From: Octopus bimaculoides | Taxonomy: Eukaryota | DNA: 62,017 nt | Assembly (NCBI RefSeq): GCF_001194135.2 | Contig: NC_068990.1 | Location: 15,977,863 to 16,039,879, forward strand | Reading direction: 5' to 3' | In this document: in pieces, positions 49,740 through 62,017 of the stretch | Numbering within the stretch: position 1 is the first letter of the stretch | How the letters are laid out: each line of letters opens with the position of its first letter | The notes under the pieces: model-generated | Databases searched by the model: none | What the model saw: only the letters and a program-made list of their open reading frames with translations | Told to the model about the DNA's origin: nothing | Made by a program: the position numbers and the translations under genes

Positions 49740-49925
49740 GACTTGGTCACCACTGTCAACACCACCACCAGCACCAACATCATCATCATCACAACCACAA
49801 CCCTCACCATAAACACTACCACAATCCACACCAACAGCACCTTTACCAACAGCACTGTCATCACAACTATCACCACCACCACCACCACTACAATCACACT
49901 GCTGCTATGTCACCATCACCACCAC
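49740..49925. repeat. Degenerate trinucleotide tracts (CAC/CAT); similar tracts at 51730-51950, 54130-54170, 54520-54670, 54840-55010, 55185-55270
   Basis: Direct; these generate the poly-T/N/D/H ORFs in the track. Confidence 0.9.
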
Positions 49926-51060
49926 ACATACCCTTGCCTGTTAGGTCATGTGGGGTGGTGGGTGGTGGGCTCAGCTCCTTCCTCCAGCTTTGGAGAGAGA
50001 AGCATAAAACAAGGCATGAGAGTGGCTAAGAAGTTTAACAAACATATTGCTTCCCAACAGTTTGAGCAAGTGTCTTTTCCATTGAATTTGAATTGAGTGA
50101 AGCCTTTTGAATGAAACTTAGTTAAGATAGAAAATATGAAGAAAACCTTTGGCTATACTACTTTTCTTCTTGGGTGCTAGACTTAATCTAGTTTCACTTC
50201 AACAATTTTAGCTGAGGCGACTCTATTGCAAGTATTTAGACGAGACATTTGGTCTGAAGTTGACACAATATTTTTTGTCTGAGATTTACTCAATATCTGA
50301 GTATGCAACTTCCTACTATAGCAACCCATGGTTCATAATTTCTCCCTGATGCTGCCCCTTGTATGACTTTCTCTTGGAAACCCCTAAAAACAAAAAGTCA
50401 TAGGTAATGTTTTGTGCTCTCTCTGTCCATTTGTGTGTGTGTAATATCATGCATACATCCAGGATTTAACTCTCTATACACTTGTTTTTTTTTTTCTTTC
50501 TTGTTTTTTCTCGTGTTTTTTCAGAGTCCAGTATCCTGGTTTTTAAATACATCTAAGCCTGAAAGATTGCTTGAAGATACATGGCATGTTATATATATAT
50601 GTATATATATATGTATATATATATGTATATATATATATATATATANNNNNNNNNNNNNNNNNNNNNNNNNNNNNNNNNNNNNNNNNNNNNNNNNNNNNNN
50701 NNNNNNNNNNNNNNNNNNNNNNNNNNNNNNNNNNNNNNNNNNNNNNNNNNNNNNNNNNNNNNNNNNNNNNNNNNNNNNNNNNNNNNNNNNNNNNNNNNNN
50801 NNNNNNNNNNNNNNNNNNNNNNNNNNNNNNNNNNNNNNNNNNNNNNNNNNNNNNNNNNNNNNNNNNNNNNNNNNNNNNNNNNNNNNNNNNNNNNNNNNNN
50901 NNNNNNNNNNNNNNNNNNNNNNNNNNNNNNNNNNNNNNNNNNNNNNNNNNNNNNNNNNNNNNNNNNNNNNNNNNNNNNNNNNNNNNNNNNNNNNNNNNNN
51001 NNNNNNNNNNNNNNNNNNNNNNNNNNNNNNNNNNNNNNNTGTGTGTGTGTGTGTGTGTGT

Positions 51061-51304
51061 TGTATAAAGGATCGTGGGTAAAGCCAGAACAGTGCAAAGT
51101 AAATGCGAGGCAAATTCCAAGAAAACAAATATATTAATCACACACATGCACATTGGCAATATTCATCAGTTTCTTGAAAAGGAGGTCATAACCCAGAAAT
51201 ATTGAATGCAAAATTAGTCTACAGTAATTCATATATTTGTTTTCTTGGAATTTCCCTTGCATTTACTTCACATTGTTTTGGCCTTACCCATGATCTTTTA
51301 TATA
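51061..51304. mobile_element. Fold-back MITE with 78-bp TIRs
   Basis: 51061-51138 vs 51227-51304 are reverse complements, ~67/78 identical. Confidence 0.8.
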
Positions 51305-51337
51305 ATATATTCTACACAATACTTCATAGTAATTATA

Positions 51338-51370
<33 letters not shown>

Positions 51371-51527
51371 CTCCCAATTTGAGTTATCTTAAAGCATGAA
51401 ACTACTTGTAACTCTTTTGCTGTTGTGTATATTAAATGACATCTCTCACTGGATGGAATATTTTTTTGTTGATCCTACCTATAATGGACCTGTAAACTAT
51501 ATATATATATATATATANNNNNNNNNN

Positions 51528-51578
<51 letters not shown>

Positions 51579-53090
51579 GTTCCTATTATATATATATATA
51601 TATATATTTATATATGTTCCTATCTGTACACAGACACCTTGTGTTCTGTTCGGATTGTAATGTAAAAAGAGAAGTGTAGACTTGTGTATTGTTAGTCCTC
51701 AGAGTCTAAATGCGAGGTTACTTTGATGAGAATAACATTACTGACAAATGAGGAAGATATTGATGATGACAATAGTGTCAATGATGATGCCAGCAATGAT
51801 GACGATGGAGGTAGTTGTGATGATAATTATAATGGTATATGCTGGGTGGGGTGGGGGTGTACAGATGGAGATGTTGCTGATGGTAACAATGATGATTGTG
51901 GTGGTGGTGATGGTGGTGATGGAAGGTGATGGTTGTGGTGATGGTACTGTGTAAACAATTCAGACAGTTATAAAGCCATGTAGTGTAATGTTTGCCTTAA
52001 CTCTGTGCAGTACTGTTGCTGCTGCTGTTGCTGCTGCTGCTCAGAACATCATTCTCTCCAGCTAAGGCAATTGTAAAACAACAGAAGAAGCAGTCAAACC
52101 ACTGGTGGTGATGTGTTTCCACCATTGAAACTTGCCGAATTCCCGTTTAAAAAACAAACAAGCAAAAACTCAAATCCCTGCCATGTTTGTGGCTCATTAA
52201 ACGGCCATCACAGGGCAATGCTTGTTTAATAGCTTCAAAGGGGTTTTTTTGTTTTTTTTTTGGTAGGGGTGGTGGCACTGGAGACTGGACAAACTAGTTT
52301 CTTTGATCTTTAGTAAAATAGGCAATCACTCAGTGTGGGACTTTCACCCTGGCAGGGCAAGTGATAGGACATGGGGTAGGGTCTTTGTAACCACTTTATC
52401 TCAACACAACATGCGTAGACTGAATTATCACCATCATACATATATGCATCACCATTATCATCATTGTTTAATGTCCACTTTTCTATGTTTGCATGAGTCA
52501 GATGGAATTTGTTGAGGTAGATTTTCTATTGCCTGGATGCTCTTCCTGTCACCAGCACTCACCTGTTTCTAAGCAAGGTAATATTTCTTTTGGCCAGACA
52601 TGTTTTTCATGGAAGATTGGAAACGAACATCACTTGTATGATGATGATGCTCATTTACAAGCATCATATGCTCCCAATACGAAAGTGTATACGCACGCAC
52701 ACACACACACACACACACACACATTACAGGCTTCTTTCAGTTACCATCTACCAGGTCCATTTAGAGTTTTGGGGATTATAGCAGTAGATATTTGACCAAG
52801 TTGCTGTGCAGTAGGACTGAACCCGAGGCCACATTATTGGAAAGCAAGCTTCTCAATCACACAGCCACACTTAGCCTATATAGACATTTAATTCTTGTTA
52901 CCAGTTTTCTTGGAATGAAAGAATTAACATTTTTTTGATTTTAATAAAATAATTCACGAGGTGCAAATGGAACAGTGAGAATCCAAACAATAGTGTATAC
53001 ATTCTTTCTTAATACATTATGGCAGATTTGAATGGGAATTTCTGATCACTGTTGTTTTATGTCATCAAAGAACACCTCTTCCCTTTAGAT

Positions 53091-53649
53091 CAGTGGTTTT
53101 CAACCAGGGTTCATATAACCCTTGGGGATCTAAATAAGATTTTGTTGTTAAAATTTATGTACAATGAATTGGTTTTACTTCTACAAAACACAAAATATTT
53201 CAATTTCTTTTTGTTATGGCGAGAATCATGATACCCCCCTGTGAGAATGGACTAGCCGAACTCGTATAAGTAGCAGCATGTTTGACTGAGAGCGAGTGAT
53301 GAGAAATCGCAGGAAGTCGAAAGGTATCATTTGTGAGTTTGTGGAGTTGCAGGGAATTGTTGAGAAATTGCTATAGTTCATTGAGAGTTGTTTTGGATTG
53401 GTTACAGTTGTTGGTATTTGGGAATACCTCAAGTGGAGACAGTTACTGTCTACCTTGTTCCATGGTACTATATATCACACTCTATTAGTGCACGACACTA
53501 AGGTGACGTATACAGAAACCACATTATAAAACTTTTAATAATATTTAATTATAAAAATATAATAATGTGATTATTCAAGCATCAAATGGCTATGAGAGTC
53601 CACCCAAGTAAAACAGGAATCAAAGGGACCCCTTTGTTGTGAACCACTG
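53091..53649. mobile_element. hAT (Charlie-like) non-autonomous element with internal insertion
   Basis: TIR CAGTGGTTTTCAA / GTGAACCACTG; exact 8-bp TSD CTTTAGAT at 53083-53090 and 53650-53657. Confidence 0.85.
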
Positions 53650-56607
53650 CTTTAGATGACGTGTGTTTATGATACATGATTGACTGATTTAAAGAGGACT
53701 GCAGCACCCCCCCAACCACCACCCTCCATGACAAACATTCAGGTGAAATCTTCTTGTTCTTGTCCCATCCGTGTATTCTTTGTAATCACTGACAGTGAAT
53801 GTGTTTAAGGTGGAAGACATAAGCCATATCAGTGTGATTGGTCTGGGATTGCATGAGAAATCACAGGATGGGCCATATACTTCTTTCCTTAACTAATTTA
53901 TGAAACAAATATAACCTATAAGAATATAGTGCAAGTTATTTGGTAACCACACTAATGCTGGTCGTATGAAAGAACGTACCCAGTATACTCTGTAAAACGG
54001 TTGATGCTAGTAAGGGCATCCTGCTGTAGAAGCCATGCCAAAGCAGACATTGAAGTTTGATGCATCCCTGTGGCTTGTTGGATCCTGTCAAACTGTCCAC
54101 TCATGCCAGCATAGACAATGGATGTTAAATGACAATGATGATGGTGATGATGATGATGATGATGATGAATCCATCGATGGGAAATTTGCAATTTAGACAG
54201 AAATAACTGTCTAGCCACCATTGTCTACCTGTTTAAATATTCAATCAGCTTTTTTATTATTTTTTACTTTTACCAGCCACCCTTCCGGTCAAGAATAGAC
54301 AAAGGCTTGGGTCACCAATGGAGCCTGAATGTGGTCACTCAATTTGCTAGAAATAGCAGTCAGATTTTTTGCAAATCACATTGTATCATTTGAAAATGTA
54401 ATGGGAAAAGACACAAAGGAAATGTAGGCTGGATACAGTATTTAAAAAGAACTGTTGGCATGCTTTTGATCTTTGGTCTGCTCAGTCAGAAGTGTGAGGG
54501 GTAAGTCAGGGTGGGGGTTAAGCAGCAACAATGGCAGTAATAATAACAATAATAAGTACAGCAACAACTGCAACAACAACAATAGCAATAACAACATTAA
54601 CAAAGGCAATAACAATAACAGCAACAAGAACAATACCTATAACAGCAGTCCTTCAACAACCAACAGCCAACCAACTGTGCAACCATCCAATTTAACCTGC
54701 CACCCCACTAATACCCAATACCCCCTTCCTCTAAACTCCTCCCCACCACTCTGTCTTTGTTTACTGGACTTAACAGCAGGACTATAGAATGTTTTGTCAG
54801 GCTACACAGGAAAACCTGTTATTTTATTTACTTCATATACCACCACCACCACCACAACCAACTCCACAAACACCACTACCACCACCACCATCACCCCTTA
54901 CAGAGTTATCCCTTTTACACCATATCATCACCACAAGGTTATCACACATGCTGCTGTTGCTGCTACTACTACTCCACTATTAACCTCTTACCACAACCCA
55001 TCTATCACTCTCAACTACCCTACTCCCTCATCTACCCACACACCTACCTCACATCAACTCTCTTCCCATCCTTCCACTCTCACCCCCATTTCCCTCACTG
55101 AGCAATATCACCACTCTTATTCCACCCTTGTCAGTTCCTCTAGCTCTTTTTGTTTTTATCTCTTTACTTTTGTTATCAATAAGGGTGATGATGATGATGG
55201 CTGTGATGATGGTGATGATGGTGACAATGATGGTGATGATGATGATAGTGGTGATGATGATGATGATGATTTCGACAGCAATGCAACCAATGTGGATACT
55301 GATGATGAGCCAAAATGTATTAAATATTGTGTCATAAATACAGAATGACTTCTACTTTTTACTTAATATCTATTACCAATGTTTTGCTGACAGTTAACTT
55401 CATTAATACCTCTTATCCTGAGTATTTGCTCAGCAAGTACTTGATATGTGCATATGTTGCTGTTTGTACATGCTCATATTCGTAACACAGAAATAGCCAA
55501 TCTGTAGATGTGTGTGTGTGTAATGGGTTTACCATCAATTTTGATGTATAAAGTTTTAGTAACCAAATTATAGCTGCTAGATGACCTACAGAGATGATTT
55601 ATTTTCAGTGGTGAAGGCTTGTGTAGGATCAACCAAACTTTTTGGAAATGTTGATTGCAGAAAGTTGGTGCAAATATTTGCTTACAAAGTCAATGAACAA
55701 CACACCTCAGACTTTTCTTTTAGAGTTCTTCATCTTTTGGGTTAGTTGCCTTTGTCACAGCTTATTGTCCAATCCACCCTGGTTAGGCTAAATGTGCACC
55801 TTGGCACCAAACCAGAAATGAATATATATATATCATGTAATTTGGATGGCCATTAACTTTTCTGAGTTTATTGCCCTTTGATGGGTCTTATTTTTCACCC
55901 TGCAGGGTGTCTAAAAGCCATCCTGTATACCAAAAGGTCTTGCTGGTGTTGCCTGTTTAGTTACTGATGGCCCAACTATACAATGGGTTGTAGTAGGTTA
56001 CACATTACCAGTAGCACTCACGAGTAACTTAACCACATGGTTCTGGGTCTCAGTCCCACTGTGTGGCACCTTGGGCAAGTGTCTTCTATAATAGCTTTGG
56101 ACCAACGAAAGCCTTGTGAATGGATTTGGTAGATGGAAACTGAAAGAAGCTCATCGTTAATATATATGTGTATGTGTATGTTTGTGTCTGTGTTTGCCCC
56201 CCCCCCCATAACTTAGCAGTTCAGCAAAAGATATCGATAGAATGAGTACTAGGCTTTATATAAAAGAAAAAGTACTGGGGTCAATTCATTTGACTAAAAA
56301 TTCTTCAAAGTGGTGCCCCAGCATGGCTGCAGTCTGATGACTGAAACAAGTTAAAAACAAAAATGTGTGTNNNNNNNNNNNNNNNNNNNNNNNNNNNNNN
56401 NNNNNNNNNNNNNNNNNNNNNNNNNNNNNNNNNNNNNNNNNNNNNNNNNNNNNNNNNNNNNNNNNNNNNNNNNNNNNNNNNNNNNNNNNNNNNNNNNNNN
56501 NNNNNNNNNNNNNNNNNNNNNNNNNNNNNNNNNNNNNNNNNNNNNNNNNNNNNNNNNNNNNNNNNNNNNNNNNNNNNNNNNNNNNNNNNNNNNNNNNNNN
56601 NNNNNNN

Positions 56608-56652
<45 letters not shown>

Positions 56653-57033
56653 TTGCACGCATACCTATCTATGTTCAAGCATGTAGATGTATTTCTCTGT
56701 ATTTTTTTTGTTATTATTTTTTAAGGAGCAATTTGTTTGTGCTAAGATGTCAATTGGAAAGACTTTATATATCTAACTGAATTATTGACAGGCCAGAAGT
56801 CATTAAACAATTTCATTGCCTTAAATAGTCCTTGTAGCCAACTGGATGTTTCCATTCTGACAGGAATACTGTTATCACCAACAGCAATTTTGTTTTTTGC
56901 TTTTTGTTCCAGTAATTTTTGGTGAAACTTACTGACAACTGTTTCATAAAAAGCTAACCTACTTAATTAAGCTAATAACATTGATATCTATATGAGAAAT
57001 TATCTCTGCTCTGGAAATAACTTGCTTACTTAC

Positions 57034-57066
57034 TTTTTGTACAGATAAGCCTCTGCAAGTTTTGAG
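57034..57066 (-). other. Candidate 33-nt exon, unassigned
   Basis: Acceptor CCTTGTGTTTTCAG, donor AAA|GTAAGT; all three frames open (e.g. SKLAEAYLYK). Confidence 0.25.
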
Positions 57067-57325
57067 CTGAAAACACAAGGTGATGTTTATAAATACTATG
57101 AGGTAACTAAAAAAGGGAAAAAACTGGTACTCCGTCGGTTATGATGTGTTTCACTTGATTTGATCAATGGAACAGCCTGCTCATGAAATTAACATGCAAG
57201 TGGCTGAGTACTCCACAGACATGTGGTTCTCAGAGAGATTCAGCATTACACAAAATGTGACAAAGCTGGCCCTTTGAAATACAGTCATGACTCATTTTTG
57301 CCAGCTGAGTGGACTGTGTCAGTGT

Positions 57326-57342
57326 GAAATAGTCAATCTGTT

Positions 57343-57373
<31 letters not shown>

Positions 57374-57430
57374 TGGGTTTCCCATCAATTTTGATGTATA
57401 ACGATTTTGTATCCAAATTATAGCTGCTAG
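57326..57430 (+). repeat. Local duplicate of 55490-55580 inserted into a SINE
   Basis: GAAATAG.CAATCTGT..AT(GT)nAATGGGTTT.CCATCAATTTTGATGTATAA…CCAAATTATAGCTGCTAG occurs at both sites. Confidence 0.85.
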
Positions 57431-60400
57431 TGACTTGCTCAGGGATACAACATGCTGCCAGGAATTGAACTCATGACATGATTGTGAGCTGAATATGCTT
57501 ACTATGAAGCCACATGTCTTTGCACTAACTAGACTTGTGTCCTACCAGTTCTGCCAACCCCATATTTAACGGGAGTAATTGAATCCTTCTAATTTCAGTA
57601 CAACTTTAAGGGGATCAGGTAAGTAGATTACATCTATTCCTGTACTCAGCTGGTACTTTATTTTATTAACTCTGAAAGAATGAAAGGCAAAGTTGACCTT
57701 GGTGGAATTTGAACTTCGACGTAAAGAATTGGAAGAAATGTCACTAAGTATTTTCTCCAAAATACTAACAATTCTCCAGCTCACCACCTTAATAACAGTA
57801 GTAATTAATAATAAGTGAAATTTGTGATCTTTTGCCAAGAAATCATGATTAACTGGATAATACAATCTATTTTATCTCACTAATTTATTATCAACATATT
57901 TTTACAGAAAGAAAATAAAGAAAAAAAAACATTAGAATATTAAATATCAAATTATTTAAAAGAAACCGATAACTACCTTACCAAGGAAACAAAAAAATAG
58001 TGGGGATTAAGCAGTAGAAGATGGGGATGGAAGGAGTAATAGGTTATACACCCTCCACCAAATGGCATGTTCAACCATATTTCATGGACATCGTTTGCAA
58101 AGTCTCTATTATTTGTATTATTTGTGATCATATTATTTAGATTATCATCACCGGATTTATCATAAAATCTAGGTTATCTTTCTCTGGCATGAGGCACACA
58201 TCAGGGGAAGTTACTAAATTTCAGAGTTTATCCATCTGACACCTCTTTTCCACATTTTTATCACTTTCAAGCACCACCCTCTCTTCTAAAATACTAGTAG
58301 TCTTGTAGCTCCTCTACAGGAAGAAACCTGTCCTACCTTGATTCTTTCTCTCATACTTTACCCTTTTTTATTCCTTATTCTCCAAGCATAAAACACCCCT
58401 CCCCTCACTGGCCCATATTTGTGGTTTGTAGTCTTGCAAGCTGCTGGGCAATCTCAATAGTGTTGGTTGCACAAAAAAAAGCACCCAGTACACACTGCAA
58501 AAATGGTATGCATTAGGATGGGCATCCAGATGTGAAAGCTATGTCAGAGCAGACACCGGGGCAAAATTCAGTCCTTAGACCCATCAAATCCTTGTCAAAC
58601 CATCCAACCCATGCCAGCATGGAACATGGATGTTAAATGATGATGAGAAAGAAAGACTGAAGTATTTGGAGAGAAGGAGAAGGGCTGACTTTGAAGTGAT
58701 GCTATAGAATATGTACAAGACAAAGCCAGCTCCAAGTTTCTTTCTATGTGTGTACCAGTTATATTTTGAGATTGATTCAATCAGCCACAATTACTTAACT
58801 ACTGCTTGCAAAAGTCTGTGACCTTGTGCTTAAGTCAATGGTGTGTATTTGGTGAACAATTCATCTTTTAGATTCCATTGTGTCTCATTACTGGTAATGA
58901 AGTCCATTAATTTCCTGCAGCTCAGTTTCATGTGGTAAAAACAGAGTTCTTTCCATTTTTTTTGTTTATTTTTGTTAGATTAATTATGAAGCAAACTGTA
59001 TGAGTAGGAGGTGTCAGCTATGTTAATTAATAAGTTAATATAATTATGAAAAATGTATATATTCCTTAAGAAAACACATTTGTTGATTTTATATTATCTT
59101 ATTTTTTGAAATAGTTTTTGGTCTTCATTTATGTTAAAGCAGTGAGTGGGCGATTAAAATGACAAGTGTAGAAATGGATTGTGTTTTATATGTATATTTA
59201 TAAATGTATTTATACATTTGTAAATTATATGTATATTTATATCTTTTTTATCCTTTTTTTAGATTTTTATCTTTTTACTTGTTTCGGTCATTAGACTGTG
59301 ACCATGCTGGAGCACCACCTTGAATTTTTAGTCAAATGAATTGTTGCCAGTGCTTTTTAAAACAAAGCCTGGTACTTATTCTATCCATCTCTTTCACAGA
59401 ACTGCTTAGTTACGGTGACGTAAACACACCGACGTCAGTTGTCAAGCTGTGGTGGGGGACAAACATGCACACACATTTATAAACAATAGGCTTCTTTTGG
59501 TTTCTGTTTACCAAATCCACTCGCAAGGCTTTGGTTGTCTTGAGACTATACTTACCCAAGGTACCATGTAGTGGGACTGAACCCAGAACCATATGACTGT
59601 GAAGCAAACTGTTATCACACAACCAGATCTGTGCCTATATATATGTGTAGTTATACATGTAGTTATATGTGTTTCTAATTTAGGCACATAGCTAGCAATT
59701 TTAAAGGGCAAGGGTTAGTCAATTACATCTTAACCCCCCCGGTGCTTAGACTGATACTTTATTTTCTTGACCCCAGAGGAATGAAAGGTAAAGTAAATTT
59801 CGGTGGGATTTGAATTCACAATGTAAAGACCCACAGCAAATATTCTTAAGCAGGTGCAGGTGTAGCTGTGTTGTAAGAAGTTTGCTTCCCAACCACATGG
59901 TTCTGGGTTCAATCCCACTGCTTGGCACCTCGAGTGGGTGTCTTCTATAGTAGCCTTGGGCTGACAAATGCCTGTGAATGGATTTGGTAGATGGAAGCTG
60001 AAAGAAGTCCATCATGTATATTTGTGTGTGTGTCTTTGTGTTTGTCCCCCACCACCACTTGACAATTGATGTTGGTGTGTTTATATCCCTATAGCCCAGC
60101 AGTTAAGCAAAAGAGATGAATAGAATAAGTACCAAGGTCAATTTGATCAACAAAAATTCTTCAAGGTGGTGCCCCGGCATGGCCGCAGTCCAATGACTGA
60201 AACAAGTAAAAGATAAAAGAGAAAAGATTAGCATTTTGTTGATGCTCTAACGATTCTGTCACTTTACAGCCTTAGAAATACGACTTAGTAATAATAATAG
60301 AATAATAATAATGATAATGATAAATAATAATAATAAAATCTAATCTAAATTTCCATATCCTGTTAAAAATCAAAAATGTCTCCACTTTGAACTGTAGCAG

Positions 60401-61176
60401 TTAACTAGTTAACAGACCAAACGTTGAATTAATCATACAATCCATAAGGTCTCTCCTGTTTCTTCAGCAGTCAACTGATGTCTATTAAAAGACAAAGACT
60501 ACCGACATTTCTGGTTGTTTGGTTGTTTGAAATGTTTAAAATGTGTTTATTGGAGTAGGAAGAGTTAGGTAAAACAGTATTGGAGAAACTGGTTAAGTGC
60601 TACATCCGGTTTATCAGCTCTTTTTTTCCCCTCAGGGTCAGTAGGTTATCACAGGTTTCCCTATATAAACAATAGTTGATGCGTTCATAAACAGACAAAT
60701 GGTACAAGAGACTAACATGAAATAAAAAAACAGATGAACAACAAGGAGAAAGTAAATGTGTGTGTGTGTTTTAAGATGAAGGTATTAAAGATTTTAAAGT
60801 AGTTTGGATTAAAGAGTCTTGTAGTGTAGCTGTGTAAAGTATTCAATAGGAAATGAGAAAGATTTTTGTTTATTTTTTTTTTATATATATCTTTTGAAGA
60901 TGATTATTATTATCATATAAACTGTAAGGTGGTGAGCTGGCAGAATCATTAGCAAGTCATAACAAAATGCTTAGCAGCATTTCTTCGGGCTCTTTATATT
61001 CTGAGTTCAAATATTATCAAGTTCAACTTTGCTTTTCATTCTTCTAGGGTTGATAAACTAAAGTACCAGTCAATGTAATCAACTACTCCACCCAACCCAA
61101 ATAAAATTGCTGGCTTTGTGTCAAAATTTGAAGCCATTATTAATTTGTGTCAAGGTAACTAAGACATATGGTGCCC

Positions 61177-61207
<31 letters not shown>

Positions 61208-62017
61208 NNNNNNNNNNAGTAAGATGGAAAATAACGTTCATTTTGAATACTTCCACTTCATATTTGAAAAGTTTTCTACTTTTTTTTTTTATTGCAAAGT
61301 CCTTGACAAGATCCTCATATGACATAAGTACACTTCAAAATTATATTTCTGATCATATAAACAACTTCAAATATTATGTTAGCAAGTTTAAAATGATTTC
61401 TTGAGTGCTGTAAACCATTTACCATTTCTATGGTACCCTCCTTTCTGTTGATGCCCTAAACACGTGCTTATTTTGTTTAGTGGTTAATCCAGTTGTGGGT
61501 TGATGTAATCGGCTAATCCCTTCCCTCTAAAATAACTGTGACAAAATTTGAAATGATTATTAGTATATAAACAACTGTGTTACCTGTTATATGATGGGTC
61601 ATTTTGGAAGCATACCATTGCCACCATGAGTTGTATGAGGAAATATGGCATATATACAAGTTTCTCAGCCCAAGAATTACAGCGTGATGTGCTGCTTGAC
61701 TGGTCCCCCCTCTCCCTCTCTCTCTCTCTCTCTCTCTTTATATATATATATGATGATGATGATGATGATCTTTTCTCCCGCCATGCCTCTGTCTACCCCT
61801 CCATCCTCTCTCTCCCCCTTCGTAGTTTTTCCTTTAAGGTCTTCAGGTTCTGGCTATATATAAATGAGAAACCCATTCTAAATTATCTAGCTGACGTACT
61901 ACGACGAAATACCCAAGATGCAGATAAGATAGAGATTTTTATTTATTTACGGCCTCAAACATCTCAATACCTTGCGCTTTCTTGTTTCTCTCCATGAAAT
62001 TCAATTGAATTCAGTTG

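Noticed and set aside
446-61404. Long ORFs rich in YI/CV/HT/ER/SL repeats or X
   Set aside because: They are translations of dinucleotide microsatellites and N gaps
61620-61997. 123-aa ORF with perfect Kozak GCCACCATG
   Set aside because: It runs through (CT)n, (TA)n and (GAT)n microsatellites, has no recognisable domain and no supporting promoter

Overview
AT-rich, repeat-dominated eukaryotic genomic DNA with assembly gaps. Its SINE, RTE-LINE and MITE families point to a cephalopod, most likely Octopus (inference from repeat content). I found no intact, recognisable protein-coding gene, rRNA, tRNA gene or CRISPR array; most listed ORFs are microsatellite or N-gap artefacts. Recognisable content: three tRNA-derived SINE families, many RTE-clade LINE fragments (one near full length), CR1/L2-like and HERO-like LINE fragments, DD34D and DD37D mariner remnants, a hAT transposase remnant, and several MITEs with verifiable TSDs. 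A CpG-retaining domain (~10.6-20.1 kb) sits between CpG-depleted flanks. It carries promoter-like modules: E-box + YY1 at ~13.0 kb, an LTR-like CCAAT/E-box/TATA unit at 14.4-15.3 kb, and E-boxes + a canonical RFX X-box overlapping ATG and a splice donor at ~20.05 kb. Short candidate exons occur on both strands but could not be assigned to a known protein. Several fold-back structures are possible dsRNA/ADAR substrates. All coordinates and identities were read by eye.
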